From Eledone cirrhosa (taxonomy: Eukaryota), in contig OZ024742.1 in assembly GCA_964016885.1 (NCBI GenBank), forward strand, positions 378,840,119-378,904,118: a stretch of DNA of 64,000 bases, in the 5' to 3' direction. The translations under genes and the position numbers were made by a program. Shown here piece after piece: positions 13,951 through 26,357 of this stretch. How positions within the stretch are numbered: the first letter of the stretch is position 1; each line of letters opens with the position of its first letter. The notes beneath the pieces were generated by a model. It searched no databases and had not been told where the DNA came from. It saw only the letters and a list, made by a program, of their open reading frames with translations.

Positions 13951-14617
13951 GTGGTTTAGTGTGTAGTAATGTAGTGCAGCGGGGTGAGTTGTGGTGTATT
14001 TTAGTGTGATGTGGTGTGTTGTAGTGTTGGGTGGTATGAGGGAATGAAGTATGATTTGCTGAGGTGTGGTGTGGTGTAGTATTATGTAGTGTTTGTAATT
14101 TAGTGAGGTCGGGTAGTGAGGTGGGGTGGTTTTAAGTGTTGTAGTGTGGTGTACTGTAGTTTGGTGGGGTGTTGTGTGGTGTACTGCGGTTTAATTTTTC
14201 CCGATATAGTAGTGTGTAGTTTGGCGAGGTTGGGTGTGGTGTACTGTTTATGGGGTAGTGGAGTGGGATGGGGTATGCTGTGGTATGATGCTTCAAGGAG
14301 TGGTAGGGTATAACGGTGTGTGGTGTATTTTCTTGTGGTTTAGTTGATTGAGTGGAGTGGTGTGGCTTGGTATATGGTGGTTGAATTTCGGTGAGTGGTG
14401 TGGCATGGTGTGGTATGGTGTGGTGTGATGTGGTGGAGGATTGTGGTGTGGGGGTGATATCCTGTAGTTCAGTGTAGGGGGAGGGTGTAGTGTAGTTTGA
14501 GGTGGTGTGGTTAGATTTACTGAGGTATAGTGGGGTATAGGGTGGAGTATGTGGTGGGATGTGGGGTAGTGCGGTGTTTGGTGGGGTAGGGTTTATGGAG
14601 TGGGATGGGGTGAGGTT
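13951..14617. repeat. Degenerate (GTGTG/GTGGT)n pentamer-like flank of the 72-bp satellite
   Basis: G/T-rich 5-nt periodic sequence without the 72-bp period, decaying into unique DNA. Confidence 0.8.
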
Positions 14618-16291
14618 ACTGAACTTATAATTTTTCTCTTTATACTCTTTTCTCTTTAATTTGATCATAGTCTGAATTAATTACCTATTAGATGAATAAT
14701 CAGAGTTATCCCACTTTCGTTTACCACATGTCTACCACGTCATTTCTTTGACAACTAAAATGTCATCAAGGGACGTGCACAGAGTTTAGTGGCGCTAAAT
14801 AAAGTATAATGTTCTGAGGCAGTATTAATTTAATTTAATTTTAATGGTTTGTAGACTGTATTTGTATTTTTATCTTTATTTTTGTATCTATTCCATTTAA
14901 TCTCTGATTATATATTTGAATTTGACCATATTTAGCAAACATGCTAAGGTATTTAGCGTATTTAACAACTTGTGCACGAGCGTTGATTTCCTTTTGTTTT
15001 GTTTAGACTGGTTGGCTATGCTGATCGTAGTTGCTGTGGCCAGAAATTCTATTCACATGTTCGAGACAGAATCGTATGTGCAGACTTGGCTTGAAATGAT
15101 TCTTGAACAATTTTTAATGTTGACCTGTGATTTTTTTACATGGAGTGGTTGTTTATTGTAGTAATCCAGCATGCATTTTCTTGGGTTTTGATGTAATTGT
15201 TTCGCTTAATATACTACTACGTATATTTAACCCGTGAGGATATGTAAAATATGTAAACAATTAGTCCTGCTTGTATTGCTAATTATGCATGAAACTTTGC
15301 CAATTATTTTATAACAACTTTTATAACAACTAATATATTGAAACTGCTTCAACTCTATCGCACTCTAGCCTAAATTCTGCTTGTGCATAGCTTCTTTTTA
15401 TGCCTTGAATGTATTTACTTCTTTCACTCAGCAATACCTTATAATAACCATATTTACTTGTGTGAGGCTTGTGCATTTGTGATACCTTTCTATATACTTG
15501 TGAACACCAATTGGCTACCTAGTTAGGGTACCTACTGATATACCTTGTGTATGTATATTATGGTAGTCATTCGGATTAGTGTGGTCTTTGGGATGTACCA
15601 AAAAGATCTCTTTACGCCTGTATATAGACTATTGAGATCCTACTAGCTTATGTTGCTAGGAACTGCGCTTGTAATATCTTGCTTTCTCTAAGTACTCATA
15701 ACATATAACTTTTTCTCAATTTATTAAATATTTTTAATCCTTTTTAATTTAATTTTATCATATTATTATATTATTTTATTATTTTATCATTTATTATTAT
15801 TTTAATATACTTTTTATATTTATTTATTGTATTTTAATTTATTTTTAGTATTTTTTATTTAATTATTTTACTTTATTTTATTTATTTTATTTTATTTTAT
15901 TTTACTTTATTTCATTTTATTCTATTATCTTTATTATTATTTTTTATTTTTTATTTTTTATCTTTATTTTTATCTGTTTTATTACTTTAATATAATTTAT
16001 ATTATGTTTTAACATTTGCCTGTATTTTTTATGTATTTTTATGTATTTTTTATGTATTTTTTATGTATGTTTATGTATTTATTATGTACTTTTTAATGAT
16101 TTCACACTTTTTGATTTTACATTCTGCATTTTTTAGTGCCATCTACTGTGTCTTCATCTTGTTGAATCCAGTTGTGCATTGGTATTTTGCAGTGATGCTT
16201 AGTAACCCCAGCATCAACCTCTTTCTTAGCTTTCTCCAATCCCCCTATTATTTTTTCTGATTGTTCGTGTGACTAAGTGTTTGTGGAGCTT

Positions 16292-16380
16292 ATACTCAAC
16301 ACTGTATTTATTAGGCTCTGATGATTCCTGCCAAAAGGTGAGGATGAAACATTGTTAGTGAATAAAGACTGTTTGAGTAT
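16292..16380 (+). ncRNA. Type-I hammerhead ribozyme motif (Penelope pLTR-like), partly mutated
   Basis: CTGATGA 16318-24; stem II TCCT-GCC-aaaa-GGT-g-AGGA; GAAAC 16346-50; short stem III AAC-att-GTT. Distal stem I pairs TTTATT/AATAAA and ATACTCAA/TTGAGTAT. Proximal stem I is imperfect. Confidence 0.7.
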
Positions 16381-16505
16381 GTAAGCGTTCTTTGGTTTCT
16401 TTTGCATATAACGGCTCTGTCCATGTACATTGAGCTAACACAATACGGCAATAATACAGTACGGTGAGTAGGTGTTTATGCACATACTCTCCGCACTTTA
16501 CGTAA

Positions 16506-17580
<1,075 letters not shown>

Positions 17581-17581
17581 C

Positions 17582-17701
<120 letters not shown>

Positions 17702-18218
17702 GTATATATATGTATATATATATATAGAGAGAGAGAATACTAAAAGCTTGCTTGTCTGTAATATAATACAGCTAAAAGGGTCCATAATGGGAAAATACTT
17801 TGAAAGGAAGTTGCCCCGGAAATGGGAATACAAATGGAATAAAACAAGTTTCGCGTAAATCGGAGCACGGGCCCCGAGATAAGGGGTTTTTTCCGGGTAC
17901 CTTCAAAGAGGTAGAAAGATAGAGAGGAAAAGATAGTTGTTGTGACAGAGTAAATTGAAAGAGAGACATAGAGAGAGGGAGAGGAGACAGAGAAGGCGAA
18001 TGGAAGAGAGCTGGTGGTGTGGTGGTGTATATATATATATGTGTGCGTGTATGTATATATGTGTGTGTGTGTTTATGACCAGTGTATATAGATCACAGAC
18101 ACCCACATATATATACGCACACACATATATATGTGTATACACACACACATTTATATTTATATACATACACACACGTATATATATGGGTCTTCCAGTTTCA
18201 TTTCACATTATATAGATG

Positions 18219-18319
18219 TCTGTATATATCTTAATTATTTAAAAATTATTTTTAAATGAACATGATTTAAAAAAAATAGTTTGAAGTGAACGTGACCCAA
18301 AAGGGTCACGGGTGGTCTA

Positions 18320-18320
<1 letters not shown>
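18219..18320 (+). mobile_element. Short Helitron-type 3' terminus / minimal non-autonomous Helitron
   Basis: Perfect hairpin CGTGACCC-aaaa-GGGTCACG (18291-18310), then CTAG|T at 18317-21. Possible 5' TC at 18219. Confidence 0.55.
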
Positions 18321-18399
<79 letters not shown>

Positions 18400-18407
<8 letters not shown>

Positions 18408-18876
18408 ACGTACATACATATATGTATACAGACGTACAGTAGTATGTATATATATGTATGTATACGTACATACATATATGTATACAGACGTACAGTAGTA
18501 TATATATATACATACATGCACACACATATATATATGTACATATGGATTCACCGAACATTTATTATAATGCTCGGTGTGTTTGTAAACAAACATCCCGAAT
18601 TAAGCCGTTCGATCATCTGGCAGGAAGGTATACGTTGCTGACGATAGCTAATAAGCTTGAAACTAATACAGTGTTCCTTTGTCAGTGTTGAACAAATGAG
18701 CAACGATGGTTGCTAGACACTGTACTGCTTAATTCGGGATGTTTGTTTACAAACACACCGAGCATTATAATAAACGTTCGGTGAATCCATACGTACCTAT
18801 ATATGTGTGCATGTATGTATATATATATACATACTACTGTACGTCTGTATACATATATGTATGTACGTATACATAC
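18400..18876. repeat. Long inverted repeat (~150-bp arms) enclosing a hammerhead core
   Basis: About 18456-18605 is the reverse complement of 18727-18876. A 56-bp tandem duplication lies in the left arm. The loop has CTGACGA 18638-44, stem AGCT-aata-AGCT, GAAAC 18659-63. Confidence 0.85.
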
Positions 18877-18954
18877 TTATATTTAAGTAACAGCCGTACT
18901 AAGAGTGAGAAATTAAATTTCGTTTCATTTTTTCCGTTTATGTATATATATATA

Positions 18955-19105
18955 TATTTATTAAAATAACAAATTAAAGTTTAAGCAAAGAATCGCTTAA
19001 ACTTTAATCTATTATTTTAATAAATATTTACTCTACGGTTCTCATATATTTGATATGTATTTATCCTTATCGAGCCCTCTTTGGATTTTAGTCTTCAAAT
19101 TTATT
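18955..19105 (+). mobile_element. pLTR-like repeat fragment with 5' fold-back (family also at 41972-42120)
   Basis: 18995-19100 matches ~42013-42120. 18955-18986 is an inverted copy of 18995-19026. Confidence 0.75.
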
Positions 19106-19118
19106 ATTATTATTATTA

Positions 19119-19222
19119 CGAGGTTAACTTTGCCTTTCATCCTTACGGGGTCGATCAAATAAAGTACCAGTAATGTACTGCGGTAATTGCTGGCCTTGTG
19201 CCAAAAGTAGAAACAATTATTA
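19119..19222 (+). mobile_element. SINE 3' part (Meta/Nin-type core)
   Basis: CGAGGTTAACTTTGCCTTTCATCCTTACGGGGTCGAT...AAGTACCAGT...GGCCTTGTGCC...GAAACAATTAT, shared with the other copies in the window. Confidence 0.85.
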
Positions 19223-19501
19223 CTATATATATATATATATGTGGGGGGGGATGTGTGTGTGTGTGGGTGTGTATGTGTGTGTGTCTGATGGTAGCTAAGA
19301 TGCTTCCATAGGCGGTATGCCAGTTAAGCACTCTATGCTCTTACAGAGCAGAGTATGATAGAATATATATTCTCTCTCTCTATATATATATATATATGAA
19401 TGTATGTACAGTATATTTGACAATATACTGTATGTTTAATTAAAAACATTTAGAAGACCATGCGCTATCATTCTTAAAGTAGTGACTATGTCACTTACTT
19501 C

Positions 19502-19592
19502 TTTTCGGCGAAAGAAAGAAGAGAAGCTGATAGTCTGTTTCACGCTGGCTAGCGTTCATCAGAGCCACGTACTTCCCTGCTTTCGCCGAAAA
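19502..19592 (-). ncRNA. Type-I hammerhead ribozyme motif with extended stem I
   Basis: Minus strand reads GGCT CTGATGA ACGCT-agcc-AGCGT GAAAC AG-a-CT ATC AGCT. It is enclosed by a perfect 13-bp inverted repeat (19502-14 / 19580-92). AUC at the cleavage site mismatches C15.2. Confidence 0.75.
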
Positions 19593-19660
19593 TTATAGAA
19601 GCTGGATTCTTATAGAATTCCAGTAATAATCAGAAGTTGATTATATATATATATATATAT

Positions 19661-19759
<99 letters not shown>

Positions 19760-20104
19760 TGTATGTGAATAGAATAATATATGCCCATTTGTGTACATGT
19801 CTTTGTGTATGTGTATTTGCGTGGGTGTAATGGTCCTTATTACTCTGTTTAGTTTAAGAATCAAATTGAAAATAACTGGAAGCCAAATCTCATTTCAAGT
19901 TATCTTCACCTTTATTAAGTGTAGAACTTGTGTAGTTCAATATTACATATTCCACATAGAATTTACAGACATATATAAAGGTATTGCCTTATATGTATCA
20001 TATATATGCTTGTGTGATGATACAGGCATAACCATACTTAAAAACAGGAAGTACGGTCCTGTGTTCGCTTATATCTTAAATATCATATGCATATGTGTAT
20101 ATGC

Positions 20105-20234
<130 letters not shown>

Positions 20235-20245
20235 ATATATATATA

Positions 20246-20848
20246 CTAGCTAAACTACCCGTCCTTTGGATGGTTCAAGTAGCTTTCGATGTAGCTCATT
20301 AAACTAAACAAAGTAAATTTGTATACATAGAAGAAAAACGTACTTTATGTAAACATAAAAACCTTAGGCACTATGCCAGCGAAATAATTTTAGATAAATT
20401 TAAGCATAATATTGTAAAAGTTATGACATCATTTAATGTATGAACACCAAGCTTGAAACTATAAATTATACAATGTCAAATCCATAACTTAACTTAGTAA
20501 TCTGTTAGAATTTGCTGGTTGTGAAATATACAAAATGATATTGTTAGTCTCTTTCTTTCAAGTACAAAGAGTAAATTAAAATCCGAATGAGCCGAATTAC
20601 GAAAGATAACTCTTGTCTTACTTAATCACGAAAATTCACACAAATAACCGAAACTTTTTTAATGTCTCCAAAGGTCCCAATATCGATTTTTGAAAGCCTT
20701 TGTAGATCATGTACAGGTTTTGTGCAAGGAGAAGCTCTGTAAAAAATTTCAAAGAAGTCGAGGTTTAGAATATTTGAGCCCTCATTAAAAATTGTCTACA
20801 CACATATACACATACATACAGAAAACTACAGATTTATACATATACAGA
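20246..20848 (-). mobile_element. Non-autonomous Helitron
   Basis: Minus strand starts A|TCTGTATATGTATAAA and ends with hairpin CCATCC-aaa-GGACGG then CTAG|T. This gives TC...CTAG termini inserted between A and T. Confidence 0.75.
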
Positions 20849-20908
20849 TATATATATATATATATATAGTAACAATAATAAATGTGGAGACTAAACTGTA
20901 ATCTGTTA

Positions 20909-20946
<38 letters not shown>

Positions 20947-21081
20947 CAAAAGGGATATTCAATTTGTTGGTAATTCAACAAATATAAATGTTTATAACTG
21001 ATTCAGAGCACTCGACTGATTTCTGGGGTATAATATTCAATGATATTAAATAAATGGAAACTATATTTATAAAACCATATT

Positions 21082-21142
21082 TATTCTATTATATATATTT
21101 CAAGGGTACCAAAACTTTGGTACGCTTTCATCAGATAAAATA
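21082..21142 (-). ncRNA. Type-I hammerhead ribozyme motif
   Basis: Minus strand reads TATTTTAT CTGATGA AAG-c-GTACCAA-agtt-TTGGTAC-c-CTT GAAAT ATAT ATA ATAGAATA. Stem III is palindromic, the triplet is AUA, and a TATA-like run lies upstream. Confidence 0.8.
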
Positions 21143-21216
21143 CAAAGTTTGTTTTATATATATTGACATAACCAAGCAAAAATACCTTAACGGTTCAAGT
21201 TTTTCCTGGATATGTA

Positions 21217-21251
<35 letters not shown>

Positions 21252-21269
21252 GTATATGTGTGTGTGGGG

Positions 21270-21375
21270 GCGATAGGGTGAGATGGGCTCTGCCAGGCTT
21301 AAAATGCCCTAGAAACACCGTATGCCGACCACTACGGCACCCATACGACTCCAGGAGTTAAGGGACCATACATGT
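21270..21375 (+). mobile_element. Interspersed repeat 3' fragment (second copy ~30865-30962)
   Basis: CTGCCAGGCTTAAAA..TACGGC..TACGACTC..CAGGAGTTA.GGGACCATA is shared by both loci, each ending in a simple-repeat tail. LINE/SINE 3' end is inferred. Confidence 0.55.
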
Positions 21376-22402
21376 ATACATACAGTACATATAGAACACT
21401 CTCATTTAGTTTATTTCAGTTCCACCACTTGTTAAATCCACAACTGTCTGATGTTTAGAATATATATGGACAACATAGTTTAGTATGTCAGAAGCAGATG
21501 TTGATGTTTTCCTCGCCAGATTTCTTGTAGTTTCAGATTTATCCTTAAAATCTGTTGTAAACTATGTAATGGTAGTTTTAGCTAAAGTGAATGCCCTCTG
21601 TGAGAAATGTTGTAGTGTCCCCATTTCAGTCTATTTCGTGGTCGTTGTTCTTGCATGTTATGTAATTAAGACAGAAGGTGTTGATGTAAATTGTAATTAA
21701 TGATTGTTTAGGGGGAGGGGGAGTTTATGGTGAGAGTAAAAAGTAAAGAAAGATACATCAGCCTTTACATACTCCCAAGTTAATAACTTATTCGTTATAA
21801 ATAACTAAAACTCGTGGAATATTAGAAATTCCGAACAGGGTTACCAAAATTCCGGCACTCCTTCCAAATATTTACAAAGTTGAATGTTATAAAAAGACAA
21901 CCTTCTCTTAATATCTTTCATATAATAAACTGCATTTACTTTCTCCCTGGAGACATCTACATAATTAAGACGTTGAAGCGGAGTAAAAACGAGAAAAGAA
22001 TTTTATTTGGGGATTTCAAGAATTTTCTTTACGTATTTAAAAATCGCTGAAAACTAAAATTCCAGTTTTGTTTTAATTAGATCAATTCCTGCAAATAAAA
22101 CAAATTACTTCCGTAAATGAATAATCTTAATTTGTAACTCAATTTTGTTTGTCTCTGTGGCATACAATGAAATCGTTAATAGTGATTTCTAATTTCTAAA
22201 ATAGTTAGAAAGCCACAAACTGCCATGTGGTAGTGGGTGACGAGGGTATAGAAGATTAGTTCAGCCCCATTGCTCGATGAGTATTTATTTAGTCAATCCC
22301 AGGGGTATGAACAGCAAAGTCGGCCATGGTAGAAATATAGATGTAAAATAATTCAAGATATTTATTCTGATTCTCCAGACATTTTCACATCCTGACGCCT
22401 AC

Positions 22403-22782
22403 TGTAACGACCCAAAGGTTAACATAACTACCAATATTCCTCACTTGTCGTATCACCCCTATTATACGAGGTTATAAGTAGGTATGTGGTGAACCAATTC
22501 TACTTATTCCAACCAATAAAAAAAACAGGGTTCTATTCATCACTTACGACTTTCTCTAACTGTTCTTTTGTGGACATCAGGGGCCTCTTTCCTTCAATCA
22601 CGAGGCCACCACCCTACTCACCACTATCGGCACGGAGTTGGCTACCCGCAGGTGTGAGCCTCGTGAGATGGAATGGCTCTTCCAACGTGTCTCCCTCACC
22701 ATCCTCTGAGAAAACGCCTTCTCTATTCTGCCCACCGGAGCCACGAGGAAACCAACGCGTGGGCCCCCATTTGTTTATAACA
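22403..22782. mobile_element. Possible solo-LTR-like segment
   Basis: Termini TGTAACGACCC...TTATAACA (TG...CA) and locally GC-richer. No matching target-site duplication seen. Confidence 0.25.
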
Positions 22783-23415
22783 GTGTGAGGTGGCGAGAGT
22801 GTGAGAGACAGTGACAGTGGCAGTTTGGTTATATATATTTCACAGACACACACTCTTTCCTTCCCCGTTGTTCTCTTATTTTCTCGTTTAGTCTTTTCTT
22901 ATTACCAACAATTTCTATAAACTTTCCTCTTTGTCCGTTATTTTCGTTCCATTCCTCAGGGAACCAGATACTTTCTCTGCTCACTTAACGCTGCCTTATT
23001 TTTTTCTCCTGCAGCTCAACACCACCTAATGCTTCTTTTTATCATTTTATCTGGTAACTCAGACAAGAGTGCCATTGCTGTCGTTAAAGTTATCATTAGT
23101 TAATGTTGTTTTATTGTACTTTATGTTGTTTTGTTCACTCTGATCTTAGCCAAAAGATGGAGTAGTTTAGGCTGTTTAGTGCATTGTTACTTTATGTGGG
23201 TGGGTGGGTGGGTAGGTAGTGCTTTCTAGTTCTTCTAGAACAAAGTGTCATATCAAGATGGTCCGAGAAGAAGAAGAAGAAGAAGAATGTATTTTCGTTA
23301 AAATGATTTTGGAAGGTGTAATACCGGCGGAGTAGATACAGATCCTGCAATCAAAAGACAAGGATTTCAATTTTGCTGGATTCCATTCCTCTTTCTCATT
23401 TAGACTCTCTCTCCC

Positions 23416-23509
<94 letters not shown>

Positions 23510-23673
23510 ATATATATATATATATATGGCAAGTAAGTATGTTTTGTAACAGTGAGCAGGTTTGAAATTAGAAAATAGAATAGCTTTCACCGTATTTTTG
23601 ACTAAAGGAATTTTAGCCTGATAATGGGGTTTAGAACCCTCAGATAAATGGAAAAAGATGAGTATTGACGTAC

Positions 23674-23782
<109 letters not shown>

Positions 23783-23989
23783 ATAAGAAACGGAGAATGA
23801 GTGGTGTGACGAATAACATTTATTAGACATATTACAATCGTTTCTCTGGCAACCAGCTCGAGGCACGATCGATCCTGACTCTGAAATCGCAAGGACGCTT
23901 TAAGCATCCCACACCAATTATATATATATATATATATGAACTTGGTTTGCAAGATTTTTATATGAAATCGGGTGTTGAAACAAATATTG

Positions 23990-24061
23990 TTATATTTGAG
24001 GAGGGTCATATTGTTATTATTTCTGGAAATATTATAACAATATGACCCTTCCCAAATATAA
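23990..24061. repeat. Fold-back hairpin, ~28-bp arms
   Basis: TTATATTTGAGGAGGGTCATATTGTTAT pairs with ATAACAATATGACCCTTCCCAAATATAA, with 2 differences. Confidence 0.85.
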
Positions 24062-24065
24062 TAAT

Positions 24066-24170
24066 GGTTTCTTATTTAGGCACAAGGCCAGCAATTTGGG
24101 GGAAGGGAAAAGTCGATGAAATTGACCCCAGTGCGTGACTGGTACTTTATTTTATCGACCCCGTAAAGAT
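24066..24170 (-). mobile_element. SINE 3' part, abutting the LINE tail
   Basis: GGCACAAGGCCAGCAATTT...CTGGTACTTTATTTTATCGACCCCGTAA is the reverse complement of the SINE core. Confidence 0.8.
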
Positions 24171-24171
24171 A

Positions 24172-25026
24172 TAATAATAATAATAATAATAATGCTTTCT
24201 TTATTAACCACAAGGGTTTACACAAAGTAGACATTAAGGACAGTACAGGACAATACAGGACGGTACAAATGGGCATTTCTGCGTGTAAATAAAACAAAAA
24301 ACAGAGGATGTAACAAAAAAAGAAACAATGAAAAATTCCCCAATAAGAGGGAGACTTCCGAGGGACATTCGTGGAGAAAGCCCATTAAAAAAAGCCACGG
24401 TGACCCTGACCACCAGGGCAAGTGCCCTCTCCCAGTTTTCCACCTTCAATTTACAGGCATATACTCAGAGTAGGCCCATTCACTCGGGCCATACTTGCTT
24501 CTCTCACCCATCTTTCAACAAAATGCTGGGAAGAGAGCACCTCCCTCTCTACCCTGATTTTCCTTTTTAAATGAAATTTGAAAAAGTTAATCAGGGCATC
24601 AGCGAAGAGGTAAGTGCTCGTCTTCAGCCCTTTCAAACGCGTCCACCATACTATCTCTTTCGCCATGGCCACCAGACAGATAAAAACTACCTGCCCTTCC
24701 CGGCTAAAGGAAGAAGGTGGGGCAATCCTCACGATGGACTCAGCTCATAGCCGGATCCGTTCTACACGCGACAGCAGGTGTTCGACATAAACCCACAAGT
24801 CAGCAATGGTCGGACACTGGACGCGTGCGTGCAGGACGGTTTCGTCGCCCTGCGCGCATCTCGGACATGCCCGGCTGACGGCACCTCCATGCCTGTAGAG
24901 TTTATCCCGAACTGGCAAAGCTCCTCGGGAGCACTGCCAGGCCAGGGATTTCTGGAAGTTGTCCATAAGCCTCGGCCCGAAAGTTCTTCCGAAGAGAAAT
25001 TTTCGCTCTACATGGCTGAATACAAT
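24172..25026 (-). mobile_element. L1/Tx1-type LINE 3' fragment (C-terminal zinc-binding region, 3' UTR, (TTA)n tail)
   Basis: LAWQCSRGALPVRDKL...CPRCAQGDETVLHARVQCP..LW is a zf-RVT-like motif. A stop separates it from the continuing ORF 24451-24732. It ends in (TTA)n. Confidence 0.8.
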
Positions 25027-25314
25027 AAATGTAATCTGAGTTTTTCGAATATTGATAATAATATTCGATTCGTTTGCAATTATGCAAACAAGCCTTATTT
25101 TTAAAGCCATGTCAGTTGGCAGATGAACAGTGAGTTGTACTGATGAAGGATAATACACGGAAACATTAGTGTCTGTAGTTCTGTTTACATGCCAACACAA
25201 GAGAAAGAATAAGGAGCTCATTGTACTGACATGGCTTTATAAATGAGGCTTATTTGCACAATTGCAAACGAATCGAATATTATTATTAATATTCGAAAAA
25301 CACAAATTACATTT
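25027..25314. repeat. Inverted repeat (~89-bp arms) flanking a hammerhead
   Basis: 25027-25115 is the reverse complement of 25225-25314, with several substitutions. Confidence 0.9.
25115..25196 (+). ncRNA. Type-I hammerhead ribozyme motif with long stem I
   Basis: CTGATGA 25140-46; GAAAC 25160-64; stem III ACA-ttag-TGT; GUC triplet 25171-73. Stem I extends through GTTGGCA/TGCCAAC and TGAACAG/CTGTTTA. Stem II is weak. Confidence 0.7.
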
Positions 25315-25377
25315 ATATATATATATACTGTGTGTGCGTGTTTTCTGTTGTCTTTGACTTGTGTGCCTCCTATTTTA

Positions 25378-25458
<81 letters not shown>

Positions 25459-26067
25459 GTGTGTGTGTGTGTGTGTTCACTATTATAGCTTGGGAGAATA
25501 TACGGATAGTGAAACATTGGAAAAGTCAGTTATTATTTCATGACAAAATTGACCAGTTGAAGTGTTAGACTGCCGAAGGGGCGAACGACTAAAATGCTGA
25601 AAAACTGGACACGACAGGTACTTAGGCAAGCACTGCCTGTGTAAATAAAACAGATTAGCAATATTGGAATTCTTCTAGCAATAATAACAATTCTTTGACT
25701 TTTGATAAAGAATTAGAAAATCGATAACCAAATCCATTGAAGAACAATTACTGAAAATTACTGAAGATATTCATGTGATATACGATCTTACTATGAACTG
25801 CTACATGTTGAAATATATGCTGCCTTCTTAGACTGTAACGTCCATGAAAACTATTCCCTTTTGCTTAAACTACGACAGAGATTGTTTTGGAATATTATAC
25901 GTTAGAAATTGTTCGTTATTAGTGACATATCGATATTTCTAGTACTGTATTCAGTACATTGTCAATAAATCAGAACAATACTTCACTGCACTCTATGATT
26001 ACATCTTTCTAAGTAGATTTTAAAAAAGGCTATCATTTTTAGAAAATGTTTATTGTTTTCTTTCTAG

Positions 26068-26127
26068 TTATCCTAATAGTCAAGAGAGAGTAAAGAAGGA
26101 GTTACTGTCTCTTGACTATTGGGATAA
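26068..26127. repeat. 60-nt near-perfect hairpin
   Basis: TTATCCTAATAGTCAAGAGAGAGTAA-agaaggag-TTACTGTCTCTTGACTATTGGGATAA: 26 bp with one G-U and one mismatch. Confidence 0.85.
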
Positions 26128-26229
26128 ACACTTGTCTTTCTAACAGTTTCATCACACACTCAATATTTACCAAAATACAATGACAACCCTGCAAGGGATG
26201 TTATTTCTCCATTCAATATATTAGACCAA

Positions 26230-26310
26230 TGGCTGTTTATCCCCCACCTCTCTCTCTCTCTCTCTTGCTCTCTCACTCTTTTACTATCACATTCACTCGC
26301 TTCCTCTCTC

Positions 26311-26357
<47 letters not shown>

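Noticed and set aside
10-14009. Long V/W/C-rich and H/T-rich ORFs
   Set aside because: Translations of a 72-bp unit (a multiple of 3) that lacks stops in some frames. Frameshifting insertions are tolerated, so there is no sign of coding constraint.
1-14617. Telomeric repeat
   Set aside because: G-rich, but no (TTAGGG)n array is present.
20008-20065. GTGATGA followed by ACAGG/CCTGT stem
   Set aside because: Core mutated and no GAAA half; insufficient for a ribozyme call.
25489-25617. Possible exon (AG...GT bounded)
   Set aside because: Stop codons in the frames examined and no recognisable homology.
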